64,000 nt of DNA from Octopus sinensis. Taxonomy: Eukaryota. Made by a program: the position numbers and the translations under genes. The stretch spans positions 44,144,001 to 44,208,000 of the forward strand of contig NC_043007.1 of assembly GCF_006345805.1 (NCBI RefSeq). The letters run 5' to 3'. Positions 1 to 12,870 of the stretch are shown here, piece after piece. Each line of letters begins with the position of its first letter. Within the stretch, counting starts at the first letter, position 1. Under the pieces are notes generated by a model that did no database searches, had not been told where the DNA came from, and saw only the letters and a program-made list of their open reading frames with translations.

Positions 1-708
1 CAAAGCCTTATGAGTGAATCTGGTAGAATGAAAGTGAAAGTAACCCACAGTATATATGTGTGTGTCAGTTTAAATCCCCATAATCTAGTAGTTTGGCAAA
101 GAGACTAATTAAATAAGTACTAGTATATATATAAAAAAAGGGACTGGACTCACTTCATTTGACCAAAATCCTTCAAGGTGGTACCCCAGCATGGCTGGAG
201 TCTAATGGCTAAATTGAGTAAAAGATGAAAGATATCCATAATTGCATGGATCAGATGGAATTCATTGAGACAAATCTTCTATGGCTGTATTCTCTTCCTG
301 TCACTGACTATCGTCTATTTTCCAGCAAGGAAAGATTTCCCTATAGCCAGTCATGTTTTTACAGTAGGTTAGAAATGAAAGACACTGCTTGTATGAAAGT
401 GACACTTGTTTACAACTCCTATATGATGTTAAGAGATGGAAACACAGACAGACACACACATACATATATGATGGGTTTCTTTCAGTTCCTATCTACCAAA
501 TACACTTACAAGGCTTTGGTTGGCTTAGGTCTACAGTAGAAGACACTTGCCCAAGGTACCATGCAGTGGGACTGAACCCAAAACTACATGTTTGGAAAGT
601 AGACTTAACTATTGAGTTATGCCTGACCTATATATTTACAAAATTACTGATGAAAGAAAACAAGAGTATTGTATTCAAAGAATTTTAAGCAAATAAATAT
701 ATACGTAC

Positions 709-783
709 CGAGAGATCCAGAACTTTTTGGAATTTTTTGATATCTAAATCCTTCATATTACTGCTGGTTGTTTGAGTTATTAA
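709..783 (-). CDS. Next exon of the same downstream gene (LITQTTSSNMKDLDIKKFQKVLDLS)
   Basis: cttttcag acceptor, TCG|gtacgt donor, 75 bp, phase 0/0, compatible with exon 1848-2032. Confidence 0.65.
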
Positions 784-899
784 CTGAAAAGATTAATTTT
801 TGCAATTGATAAGAAGTGTTATATAATCTGTTGATATGAAACTAGTGTATTAATATTACAGCTTCCTTTGTCAGCCAACATATTACTGTTTTGATGGCA

Positions 900-1380
900 T
901 ACTACCTTAGCAGGAACTGCAAGCTGTGTGCTGGTATGGTCATATAATACATATGAATAGAGAGTCACATCAAGAAATGCTAACTGTGGAGGGAATGTGT
1001 TGAAGCAGGAGCTCCAGGAGGACATGGGACTAAGTGGTAAGAAAGCACCTTCAGCTGTTGGACCTCAGAGGGGATGAATTCTGGTCCTTTGCTGTGCTTG
1101 AGAAAACTTAGTAAGTACATGGTTGTCCTTGCATACAGGCTTGTCCCCTGCATCCCTCTCCAGCCGAGCATTCTTAATTTTGCAGGCTTATGGGTGCTGG
1201 TGCCATGTAAAAAGCACCCATGCTGCTGCTGTGTAAAAGCACCCAGTACACTTTACAAAGTTCTTGGTGTTAGGAAGGGCATCCAGCCATAGAAACCATG
1301 CCAGAACAAACATGGAGTCTGAGCAGCTCTCCAGCTCCTATCAAATCATCCAACCTATGCCAGCATGGAAAATGGATGTT
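900..1380 (+). mobile_element. Degraded RTE 3' end
   Basis: ctgtgtgctggtatggtcat and ggtgttaggaagggcatccagccatagaaac tail shared with the other copies. Confidence 0.65.
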
Positions 1381-1847
1381 TGTTCAAAAAATATTCTGGG
1401 ATATATATGTAGGCCTACTGCATTTTAGATATTCATAAATTATAATTTTAATAATTATATAAGACCTTTCTACCCAACTTTTTTCACCTTCCTCTGACAA
1501 TGAAATTTTCAAGAGCAATGCAAAATATTGGAAGATATTAACTTCGTTAATCAAAGTGTTGATATATAATATAAAAACCACTACTTTACCACTCTAAACT
1601 AGAATGAAAACAAATATTGCTCACACTTTGTTAAAAAATAATAAGGAATTGCATTCATTTATTCAAAACTTGTTTCAACCAGAAAAAAATACCCTCAAAA
1701 CTCATCAATTTAAAAATTTCAAGTATATCTATCAAGAGTTATTTTAGAAAGAATGAGAGGGACTGAGGCAGTAGGATTTCTTTCAATGGTATTCAGTGGT
1801 GAGTCACACCAATAAACAGATGTGCTTTTAAAAAAATGATGCATTAC

Positions 1848-2032
1848 CTTTATACTTTTGTTATTATTCATAATCTTTTGTACAATCACATTATCCTCTT
1901 CTTTTTCCTTATCAAAAACTATCAATTTATCCATATTTCCAACAGCAAGTATTTTAGACTGGGCCAATACTGCTATTTTATCCATTTTCAACAGTTCTTG
2001 TTCAAGAGTGGGATCAAACTGTTTCAAGAACT
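1848..2032 (-). CDS. Exon of unidentified downstream gene (FLKQFDPTLEQELLKMDKIAVLAQSKILAVGNMDKLIVFD...NNNKSIK), beta-propeller-blade-like
   Basis: gtgttttatag acceptor, AAG|gtaatg donor, phase 1/0, open 61 codons with protein-like composition. Confidence 0.7.
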
Positions 2033-2974
2033 CTATAAAACACAAAACAGCTTCTTTTTTTTTATTTCAAAACATTAAACATTGACAAAACAAAATATGA
2101 ATAGTTATCTACACTGGCTTAAAGATATAATGCAAACAAAATGTACACCAAGTAAAAAAATTTGCTATGATTTCACTGTAGTAGATGGATGATGTAGAGG
2201 TAGATAAGAAAAAAATGTGGGATGAAGAAATTAGAAAGGTGACATAAGATGCTGTTCAAAATACAAAAAGATGTATTGAAAAATGTGTCCAAAATACATT
2301 ATCACACACTATCAGACCAATTATACTCACAATCATTAGCAGTAGATAAAAAAATAATAACATTAATAAAGTAAACCAAAAATTGACAAAAATGAATGTA
2401 GGGTTAAGAAAGTTTCTTCATTGTTGTGTGGTTTCAAGTGCGATTCTACATGTGACATTTTGGACATCTACCAAAGTCTTTTGTAGATATTTGGTAAAGG
2501 GGAGCAGTGTGAAAGACTGTTAGAATGATCGTCACTGTTCTCAGGTGATAAACTTATTGCATTGCCCGGTTTAACACCTGCTCCTGAGTTTCCATTAGCA
2601 GGGACAATTCTGTTGCAAGTGTTAGGGTCAAGTCTCTGGTCTAAGAACATCTACTTCTCATTAGTTTTGGAAACCCTGGAAAGTTACATGGGTGCTACCA
2701 TTTTCTCAGAGTAAACCTTTGTAGATGATGAAAGAATAGCAGCTAAAATTTGCACTAATTAATTACAGATTAGGGAGTAAAAATGTTGGAACTATATAAA
2801 ATAATCTTAACCTGTGTCCCTGTTCACAATTAGAAGCTACTGAAGTGATTGAAAGACAGTTCTTACAACAAACAACAATCAAGAATAAAAGAACTAAAAT
2901 AATTGCAAAAACTAAGACATAATGATCAATATGTAATATGAAATCATATAGTAGTACATGTAGTACATCATGTA

Positions 2975-3300
2975 GTACAGGCATGTGGCTTAGTGGGTAG
3001 GGTATTCAGCTTATGATTATAAGGTTGAGTTTGATTCCCAGCTGCACCCAATGTCCTTGAGCAAGACACTTTAATTTTATGTTGCTCCAGTCCACTCAGC
3101 TGGCAAAGGTAAGTAGTACCTGTATTTCCAAGAGCCAGCCTTGTCACATTCTGTGTCATGCTGAATCTCTCTGACAACTATGTTAAGGTTACACATGTCT
3201 GTGGAGTGCTCAGCCACTTGCACATTAATTTCACAAGCAGACTGTTTCGCTAATCAGATCGGTTGAAACCTTTGTCATTGTAACCAACAGAGTGACAGTT
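2975..3300 (+). mobile_element. tRNA-derived SINE with long central domain
   Basis: A/B-box-like head then ccttgagcaagacactt...gctccagtccactcagctggc; related copies at 11430-11745 (-) and 34620-34805 (-). Confidence 0.7.
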
Positions 3301-3511
3301 ATGAAATCATGTGGTTTAAAGTTTAGAGTGGTGATCAAATTATAAGATCATGAGTTCAATTTCTAAACTGTGTAGCATGCTATGTCCTTGAACAAGGAAT
3401 TTCATGTCACATTGCTCCCATCTACTCAGCTAATAATGAGTACCAGCAGAGTGCTCATTATTAGCCCTCTTTCCTTTCAGCTTCATTATTAATTTTCTTT
3501 AGTTTAAATAA

Positions 3512-3517
3512 TTTATT
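3512..3517 (-). terminator. Candidate TRPT1 polyadenylation signal AATAAA
   Basis: AATAAA on the minus strand about 360 bp past the stop codon. AT-rich context, so it may be chance. Confidence 0.3.
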
Positions 3518-3875
3518 TGCTAAAATATGTTTATTGACTATATGCACAAAATTAACCTAAGTATTTCTATTAACTCGAAAGTACATCATGAATAAAAAAA
3601 GTTAAAAAAAAAATTAATTGGGGCCATTTCACTAAATGGTTGCTCAGGCTGCTAGAAATGGCAGCCAAATTTACCAGTATCTAGGTTAAACTGAAGACAG
3701 TCCTGGATACATTACACATCAAACAAAAGCAGGGTCATCAGAGCTTGCAAACCTTTGATCACAGGTCGATTAAATTAGAAGCAACTTGTAGCAGAACAAT
3801 CATACAACGACCAAACCAACTACCTATCATAAATGACAATAAACATGAAAAATACACGAAATAAGAAAAATCAAA

Positions 3876-4291
3876 TCAAATCTCACTTTTATCATTCTCT
3901 GATTCTACAGTATCCTGTTCTTCTGTAACATGTTTTTCCTCATCTTCAGGATTTGAGAATTCTTGCTTGCTTTTTTTCTTTTTCTGCTTACACTTGCTTT
4001 TCTTCACAGCTTCTTCTTCTTCATCTTCGTCCTTCTGGTCTACATTTACAGCAGAAGTTATTTCATAGCTGCTTTTTAGTTTCGGATTTTTCTCTTGTTC
4101 GGATTCAATAATGTCACTTTTTTGTTTTTTAGATGCTTTCATATTTTTTCCTTCTTGCTCAGCCGTATTGTTCTGCATCTTATCTTTCTTCTTCTTCTTC
4201 TTCTTTTTCTTATCAGCTTTCTCAGATGAGGTGTCATCAACAGGATTATAACCAGGAGGATAATTATTGGATTTCCCATCTGGTTTTTTAC
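3876..4291 (-). CDS. TRPT1: TRPT1 terminal exon, Lys/Glu-rich tail ending DKSEI*
   Basis: Strong pyrimidine tract with tag/cag acceptor, phase 1 matching the previous exon, open 137 codons to TGA. Joining to TRPT1 is inferred from phase and position. Confidence 0.75.
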
Positions 4292-6849
4292 CTGCTAAAA
4301 AAAATAAATAAATAAAGAATATGAATATATATAAAGAAATAGACAATGAAGAATTATATTCATATGATACTTTATTCACTAACACACATTTGAAATAATC
4401 CAATGAGCTGAATCCATTATAGTATTTGCCTGCTTAATCAATCCATTTAGTTAACCAATTAATCAACTAATTTACAGAACAGTTGTCTCCCAAGTCATAC
4501 TTCTCAAAACCTTAAAAGTACCTGTTTTATTTTATTGTGAAGGTATACATTAATCAGCGCTAAACAATCAGACATTAAACAATGATAACGGTAATGATGA
4601 TGATGATGACTATGTATATATATATACATTTTAATGCCTACTTTCCTATGCTTGCATGGGCCGACAGAATTTAAGGCAGACTTTCCATGGCCAGATGCCT
4701 TTCTTGTCACCAACCTCCTATTTCTAAGCAAGATGATAATTCTCCAGAACCAGACAGGTTTCCACATAAGACTGGAAACAAACATTATCTGTATGATGGT
4801 GATGCTTGTTTACAATCATCACATGATGTCAAGACAAAGGTGTGCACACACACACACACAGATATGACAGGCTTCCTCCAGTTTTTGTCAACCAACTCTA
4901 CTCACAAGGTTTTGGTAAACTTAGAGCTATAGCAGAAGACACTCACATAAAGTGCCATATATTAGTGAGAATGCCATGTTGACCAGCTGATTTTGGTTAG
5001 AATTAATCTTCATTAGTGATGCTACTCTGTCACTGATAGGTAAGCTGAAATCTCCTGCCAGTATATATACATATAGAAATTACCATATGAATCAATGGCT
5101 GATTCCGTAAAATGATAATGTGAAATTTATAAAATTATTAAGGTGGCTAGATGCAATTTAAAACCTAAAAGTGATTAGGGGTGCATGTCTGCACCAGCAT
5201 GCTAGAAACAAGCGGAAAAAAACTCTTAAACATGAATGAGGCACAAGTCTATTCACTGACAAGGGAGACAACCTACCACAGCAAGCATATCAACTGGCCA
5301 GATGAAGATTAATTCTATTTGAAGTTGGCCAGAATAATATTAGAGTGGCAACCATCACCTATTAGCATAGGTTACATTTAATATAAGTCTTCTCTCATAG
5401 GTGGACAAGTGGCCAAGTCATTTAGAACATAAAAAAAAAAATTGCACTGCAATGCAATATTTGCTTTTAAGTGTCTGTACCCTGAGTTCAAATCTTGCCT
5501 TTTACTACTTTTGTGTGAGTGAGTTCATATTTTTGTCTACAAGTGTTCACTCACTGGTTACAAACAATGGCTGCATGACAATGAAATCATGTCCAGGCTT
5601 CTTGATATGTTGTGTGATCTTTGTAAACAAAAGTACATTCATATGGTGTCATACATTGTTCCGTAGACTGGTATAACCTCCCTTGGAAACAAGTGGTGGT
5701 GTAGACATCAGTAAAGGTGTCCAGCCATAGAAAACTCTTCCCCAACATACTTTTGTATGATCCATGCAAGCACAGAGAAGTAGACATGAAAGTAATGATG
5801 ATGATAAATATACCAAACATAAATTAAGACAAAAAAAATTATTTGGAAATGGCAGAAATTCAAACAAAGTAAATATTTTATTTACCCTCTCTTAAAGCCA
5901 CACGTTCCGAAATATTGCTGCTTTTGGTTGGACCGGTTTCAACTGGTTCAGTTAGACTCAAATTACGTTCTTTCAAAATAATATTTATAATAAAGATTAT
6001 TCAGTATAAAATATATTTTGGGATGTATTACATTATTATCATGAGTTTGCATTATCATAATACAAGTAAGTTGATAAAATAAGTACCAGTTAAGCACTGG
6101 GGTTTGATGAAATCAACTTACTACTTCCTGTAAAATTTCAGGCCTATGCTGATAATAGAAAGGATTATTATAACACAAGCAAGTAGCAAGAATACCCAGG
6201 CTTAGAACTGAAGGCAGAGTAGTCTCAGAAAACTTTTAGGCAACTGGCATTGTTGCAAGGAACCAGCTGTCATTATAACAATCATCTTAACATTTCAATT
6301 ATTGAAGCACTTTCATGTTTAGAGAGAAGGCTTTCTTTGAATATTCTTTAGTTAAAATGCTCTTGCATTGTAGCTTCTTTCAAAATTAGATTCTCTGCAA
6401 GAACTGACTTGTTAAATCAAAACAAGAGAAAGGGATTAATTTTATTCTTTTTGTAACCTTGCAGATACTTAGTAATGAGAAAAACTCAGACATTTGTGAA
6501 AAATACTTGTATTGCTTTGTAAAACAAAATAGTTACTAGGCAAGACTCAGACCTCCATCAACAAAATAGTCTTTTACATGAAGTTCTCCATATGTTGACT
6601 CATTCAAATTGCATTCAATGTGGACTAGTTCAAGTTGGTGTGGGAAAAGACAATATATCTTTTTTCTGCTGGCTTTTAACACCCCTCCCCCACCACCTCT
6701 TTTTTTTCTTAAAGTTCCATTGTTATAAGACTTTGTCCAAGTGATTTTGGTGAACTTATGTAGAACTTTAGTATATTATGTGTCAAAGGATCTTTTTTTC
6801 TTTGTATGTTTTTATGACAAAGGTAGACTGAATTCTTCCAACAGGATGT

Positions 6850-9350
6850 TCAGGGTGTATCTTTCTTTGTTATTCTCTGTGATTTGGAATTATTTCTCTC
6901 TCTTATTTGATTAATACATCCAGATTTGATAATCCACTTGAATTTTGTAAGTAACTTTTCCTCATCCCATTTTAACAATTCCAGGTAACCACAATAAATC
7001 TTCCTTTTTAATTGACATACCTGTACAAGTTGTTCAAGATGGAACTGTTTCATGTATCTCTTGTACTGGTCATTTGCCTATAATTTTGCTTTTTTTCTAC
7101 AATCTCTGTTGCAGAATAATATTTTTACCAAACATGAGTTCTGCAGGTGATTATCTGCAAGTGATTTCTGTTCTGGAGCAATTGGATTAGGAGTATTCAA
7201 TAAACTAGTAAAAACTTTTGTATTACTCTTCTAGTGGTTACCTCCACTTTTGATTCAACAAGTGCTCTTTTAATGGTATCAACATATTTTTCTGCTTGTC
7301 CATTGGACTGAGGTTGATAGGGAGGTATATAAATACGTCAAATGGTATTGGTTTTACGAAACTGATTAAAGCTCGACATGATTCAAGGTCCATTATCTGA
7401 TACTACCATTTCTGACAAACCAAACTGACTGAATTGTGGATGAAGTCGAGATAAAAATTTCAGGTCACTTTGGCAAGGCATCAATTAGTGACATAAAATA
7501 AATTTCATTTGTAGGGCCAGCAAAACCAATGTGTATCCTGGACCAAGGTTTTTCTGGTACTGGCTATGCTTGCCATTTAGACCTTCCAGTTATCTTGCTT
7601 GCCTGTATGCAACTATGGTAAGTATGTGCTAGCTCCTCAAAGTGTTTGATGATGCTAGGCCAGTATACCTAACATCTTGCAATAGGTTTCATATGAGTTA
7701 TACCTCGGTGGCCCATATGTAATTGCTTTAAAAGTAGATTCCATTATTTTTGAGGAATAATGACTCTTTCATCAAACATAAAACAACCATTCACTAATAA
7801 TAAAGATTCATCATTTGAAAAACTGTTTCAGATATTCTAAATAGTTTTCTTGGTCACCCAATTTGTCAACATTTACAAACCAATAGATAGCTAGGGTCTT
7901 TTCTTGTTGCATCTTCAATCATATCTGCTGACACAGGATCTATTGTGGTAAATAAGACATTTTGCACATCATTTTCTACACAATTCTGCATCAACTTTAC
8001 CAAACTCATTTAACTGGCATTGAAGTTATAACCTAGTAACATTATTGCCCATCTTTGTAAGTGACATGCTATGTAAACTTGAATACTTTTCTTCAAGATG
8101 AAAATAGAAACATGTGATTTATGGTCAGTAAATAAACAAAAGGTTTTTCATGCACCTTCTAAAATTTTTTAACTGCAAAAACTAGTGCTAATGCTTCCTT
8201 TTTCAGTTAACATTTGCTTTTTCAGTGCCATCTGAGAATACATGTGATATGGTAGCTTCAATACATATTTTAAATTTTGGATCATAATGGGTTAGTAATA
8301 AATCAGATTATAATAATTCTTTTGGCTTCTCAAAAGCTTTCATGTATGTAGGTGTCTAGTTCCACATTGAGTTTTTCTGAAGCAGATGGGTTAAAAGTTC
8401 ACATGAGCAATGCATGGAAGGTTGGAACACACTATAATAGCTAAGAAGTCCAAGAAACAATATATTAACATGTTAATATATAATGGAACTGGCATTTTCA
8501 GAATAGATTCTATATTTGCTGAGTCTGGTTTATGACATTGTTTATAATAAAACCCAAATAATTTATTGACTTCATAAAAAAGTGCGTTTGACAAGTCTTA
8601 CTTTAAAACCAAATTAATTCATTTTGTGGAAAAAAGTATCCAATCAATAAAATACTCCTTCTTTCACACAACCAGAGATAAGCTGCAACTACAGAAATAC
8701 CTGCTTTCATAGTATCTATTACTTGTTGAAAAATAGATGGGCTGTTTTTAATTCATATGGAACTTTTTGATATTGGAAAAGACTTCTGTGTGTATTAATT
8801 ATCAACAGTTGTTTTGAATTGTCCTCAATTTTAAGTTGTATGAGACAAATCAATTTTTGCAAAGTGGCAGCCACCATTAAGCTTGCTGAAGATATCTTCA
8901 GGAATAAGTAAAGGGTAGAAATGGCTTCTTAAGACTTCATTTAATTCAATAGAAAAAACTGTGCAAAGGAGAATCAAACCATTTGCTTTCCTAACAGACA
9001 TTATTGGCGTAAAAATCCTTCCATGTGATAAAACTTGGGGTATTAATGTTACTTAAGTTGTATGTAGGAGCTAAACTTTTTATAATGTTTTGCACAGTCA
9101 AACTAGCATGGCTGACAAGAAATGGCAGTTATATCTCTACTGATAGAATTCAGTAATAATTTAGGGTTAGTTGTTTTTACTAGATTTACTGACTTAAAAC
9201 TTGTCAATTTCTCATTCATTTCAGTAATTTTTGTGTCATATTCAAGTCAATTAGCTCTTAGCACTTTTTTGATGGCTTCTTTGTTTAGTTACATCAGGAC
9301 ATTTCTCTGAGATAACACTATTCAAAGAGTTGAGTTTTGAAGTTCAATGA
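6850..9350 (-). mobile_element. Degraded Ty3/Gypsy pol (RT, RNase H, integrase), no LTRs seen
   Basis: Translated fragments IPEDIFSKLNGGCHFAKIDLS (RT), EKEALALVFAVKKF (RNase H), LHMGHRGITHMK..VYWP and PEKPWSRIHIGFAGP (integrase). Many stops and frameshifts. Confidence 0.88.
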
Positions 9351-9703
9351 CTTTATGTTCAAGATTTCCATAGTAATCAACTAAATCATTAGTACTCAAA
9401 AGTATCACTTAACACAAAACAAAGCAATAAACCCATCAGTAATCTCAACAAATTTGGACTAAAATTAGTAGCTAAATTTTTCTCAAATCATAGGTAGAAG
9501 CATTCTAATTGTAACTATTTTTAACAATCTTTTCACTGTTATGAAATGGACTCAACATGAAGAAAACCAGAGCAGGGACTTAACAACTAGTCAGAGTACA
9601 ATTTCTGTAATACTAAATAGAAGGCAGGAAAGTTAATGTCTTTCAAATTACAAATCAAAGAATTCAAATTGAAAAATAAAGAAAAAATTGAAGTAATTCT
9701 TAC

Positions 9704-9811
9704 GAGTGACATAGTCAACAGCCTTCTCAAAATATTGTGGTTCAATCATATACTTTTCATTTCCAGGGCTCAAAATGACATTGTTTGATGAAATGTAAAA
9801 CTTTATGCCAT
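9704..9811 (-). CDS. TRPT1: TRPT1 exon (GIKFYISSNNVILSPGNEKYMIEPQYFEKAVDYVT)
   Basis: tttttatag acceptor, C|gtaaga donor, phase 1/1. Contains the DGIxFYxSxNxVIL motif. Confidence 0.95.
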
Positions 9812-10629
9812 CTATAAAAAATATATTACATACAAGTAAATATATACAAATCAATGTCTATTGAAAGCAGAAATATTTTTCGTTATTGTTACAGTTAACT
9901 ATTTTCTCTTAGTTGTTACACAAATGGGACAGAATATGTTTGAACAAATATTTTTATAATCATTTTCTTTTACAATTGCTTACTATTTAATCCATGAATG
10001 AAAATACCTGTTTCTGCTGCATAGAGTGAGTTAGCTTGGCATGAATAGTGAAGCCCATAACCTATTTGGAAAATTTTACCTGTTGCCTGTTGGCTATTGG
10101 AAAGATATAACCGATTGGATTTGACCACACTAAGCCAGCTCAGCATGAATAATGAAGTCCATAGGCTATATGGGAGATATTATTTATTCCTTTTGATTAG
10201 ATGACCCCTAAATGATGAAAGGCAAAGCTGACTTCAAGAGGCTTTGGACTCAGAATGCAGTAAGCCAGAACAAATACTGTAAGTCTAATGCCCGAACAAC
10301 TCTGCTAGTTAGCCATTGTTTATCAACTAGACAGGAACATGTTACCAAACAATGTCATTAGCTCCAAACACAGCATACTTTAAATATAATGACTGCATAG
10401 TAAGAAGCCTGAGGCTATAGCAGAAGATAGTTGCCCAAGGCGTCATGTAGTGGGACTGAATCCAAAATCATGTAGTTGGGAAGCAAGCTTCTTACCACAC
10501 AGCCATACCTGTGTCTATATATCATCATCATTGTTTAATGTCCATTTTCCATGCTGGCATGGGTTGGATGGTTTGACTGAGGTCTGGAGAGCCAGCGACT
10601 GCACCAGGCTCCAGGTTCTCTACTCCTTA

Positions 10630-11400
10630 TATAGAGTTTGACCACCTCCTGTACGTACACCTTAGAACCATCATGGCATCTGATGTTGCTTTTTAAACTA
10701 GACAACGTTCTGAAAAGACACCCACATAGATTGCATATCCAATTTGGAACACCAAGAGCTGCAGATAAGTTCTGATCTTTGTGGATCTTAAAATGTCTTT
10801 TGTGGCCTCCATTAGATTTGCAAACTTTCTGGCATACACTACATTCAAAGGTGTGCACAGACAATAAGCAGAATAGTTGGTGGAAAGTTCGTTTTCCATG
10901 GGCTTGTAAATAAGATTTGAGCCCAGCAAAAGAAAGGCATGGTCTGTCACAAACTGTGCACACAAAAAGGTCATTGTGGTTCACTTTCTCAATCGTAACA
11001 TTCTTCCTTAACCCTTAGTGTTTAAACCGGCCATATCCGGCCCAAATATTCTACATGTTTTATATTCAAACTGGCCATATCTAGCCTCTCACATCTAACC
11101 TACAGTGACATTCTAAAAATAAACAATCATATCATTGAAACCTCAAAGCTATAACAAAATGCATGACTAATTCAAAACAATTTGAATGAAAAAGTATTAC
11201 ATTTAATAGAGAAATTTGAACACCAAAGGGTTAAATCTCTTTTGAATCTTGCATGCATTATCCTGGCCTCTTCAAACACTTTCACTCCATTCCACACTTT
11301 TGTTCACCATCCAGTTTGATCTGAAGCAAGGGTTTCTATGTCCTCTGGATCCATTCCAAGTGACTTCATAGTAGTCCTTATGCCATCCTTAAACCTTATG
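10630..11400 (-). mobile_element. 3' end of an RTE/BovB-like LINE ORF2 with three C2H2 zinc fingers, split by a MITE
   Basis: Removing the MITE at the TTAA site joins RFKDGIR..LASDQTGW*..VKVFEEAR..KRDL in frame to CTVCDRPC, CSVCQKVC and CNLCGCLF fingers. Confidence 0.8.
11012..11230. mobile_element. piggyBac-type MITE with TTAA TSD
   Basis: TTAA|CCCTTAGTGTTTAAA ... TTTGAACACCAAAGGG|TTAA. Confidence 0.85.
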
Positions 11401-11429
11401 TATATATATATACAAAAATAAAAAGAGCA

Positions 11430-11745
11430 CTCCGTCAGTTGCGATGATGAAGGTCCCAGCTGGTACACTCAACGGAACAGCTTGCTCGTGAAATTAATGT
11501 GTAAGTGGCTGAGCACTCCACAAACGCGTGTAAGCTTAATGTAGTTCTTGGGGAGATTCAGCGTGACACAGTGTGTGACAAAGCTGACCCTTTGAAATAC
11601 AGGTACTACTCATTTTTGCCAGCTGAGTGGACTGGAGCAACGTGAAATAAAGTGTCTTGCTCAAGGACACAACGCACTGCCGGGAATTGAACTCACGACC
11701 TTACGATCATGAGCCAAATGCCCCTAACCACTAAGCCACACATTA
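11430..11745 (-). mobile_element. tRNA-derived SINE, same family as 2975-3300
   Basis: Reverse-complement similarity along the full length. Confidence 0.75.
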
Positions 11746-12870
11746 AATCCCTTAATTTCCCTCCCAGTAATAATCCCATTGATTCAGCTGAGAATGTGTC
11801 CACATTTGTCCACCTGTCCGTGTATGTGTTTGTGTTTGTTTCTCCTTGTCTTGACATTGTATGATGGTTGCAAATGAGCATCACAATCATAGAAACGGTG
11901 CTGTTTGTTTGCAATCTTCCATGAAAATGTGTCTGGTCATTGGAAATACCTTGGCAAAATGAAAGGCATCCAGCTGTACAAAATCCTCCTTAAACAATTC
12001 TGTTTGAGCCATGCAACCATGGAAAAGTGAACATTAGAACAATGATGATGATAATGATACTGTTTTGATGAAACCATATCAAGCTTTAATAAAATATTGT
12101 AGAAAATTTTGTTACTGTTAATGAGTGATACTAGCTTCTGCATGTTTGAATTTAAATACAGTATTAGTGAAGTTGTGGCCAATGCTGGTGTCACATAGCA
12201 GGCACCTGTGCCAGTGGGAATATGCTGTGCCTGGAAAGACTTGTCAAGTCAAGTGAAACCATAGTTATGGTTGATGCTGGTGTCACATAACTAGCACCTG
12301 TGCTGCTGGCATGTAAAAAGTACCCATTTCACTCATGGAGTGGTTGGTGTTAGGAAGGGCAACCAGCCATAGAAACTATGCCAGATCAAACTGAAACCAA
12401 GTGCAGCTCTCCAGCTTACCAGTTTCAGTCAAAAATCATGCGAGCAAGATTGCGTATACATATGTGTACATGTATTTGTGTGTATATTTTCATTTTGCAT
12501 TTATATGTCTGTATATGTATGTGGTCTGTGTACATCTATCTGTGCATTTTGATGTATATATGTATATTGATGGTTTAGTATGAGTATATACTGTTGTGAA
12601 ATATTTTAATATATCTTAATTTTAATTTTTATGTATTAATTGTATTAATCGAATTATATTTCTATATAATTAATGACAATCTGTATTTGAATCAACTCTT
12701 CAATTTAAGGTGTTTCCTCGATTTTTATAATTTATATTGAACTCATTTATTTTGTTTATCGCTTGCCTAAGACTGTTATTTGAAAGGACCAATGAAACAA
12801 ATCCATTTTTAAAGGTGTATCCTTTAGCTAGTTTTGATCAAATTGTTATTTTGGTTCTATTTTAACAAAA

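Noticed and set aside
2975-3060. tRNA gene
   Set aside because: The tRNA-like head continues into a SINE body and no cloverleaf could be completed; the same holds for the other SINE heads.
4504-4932. ORFs next to the TRPT1 terminal exon
   Set aside because: They overlap SINE/RTE-tail-like repeats and have no splice or homology support.
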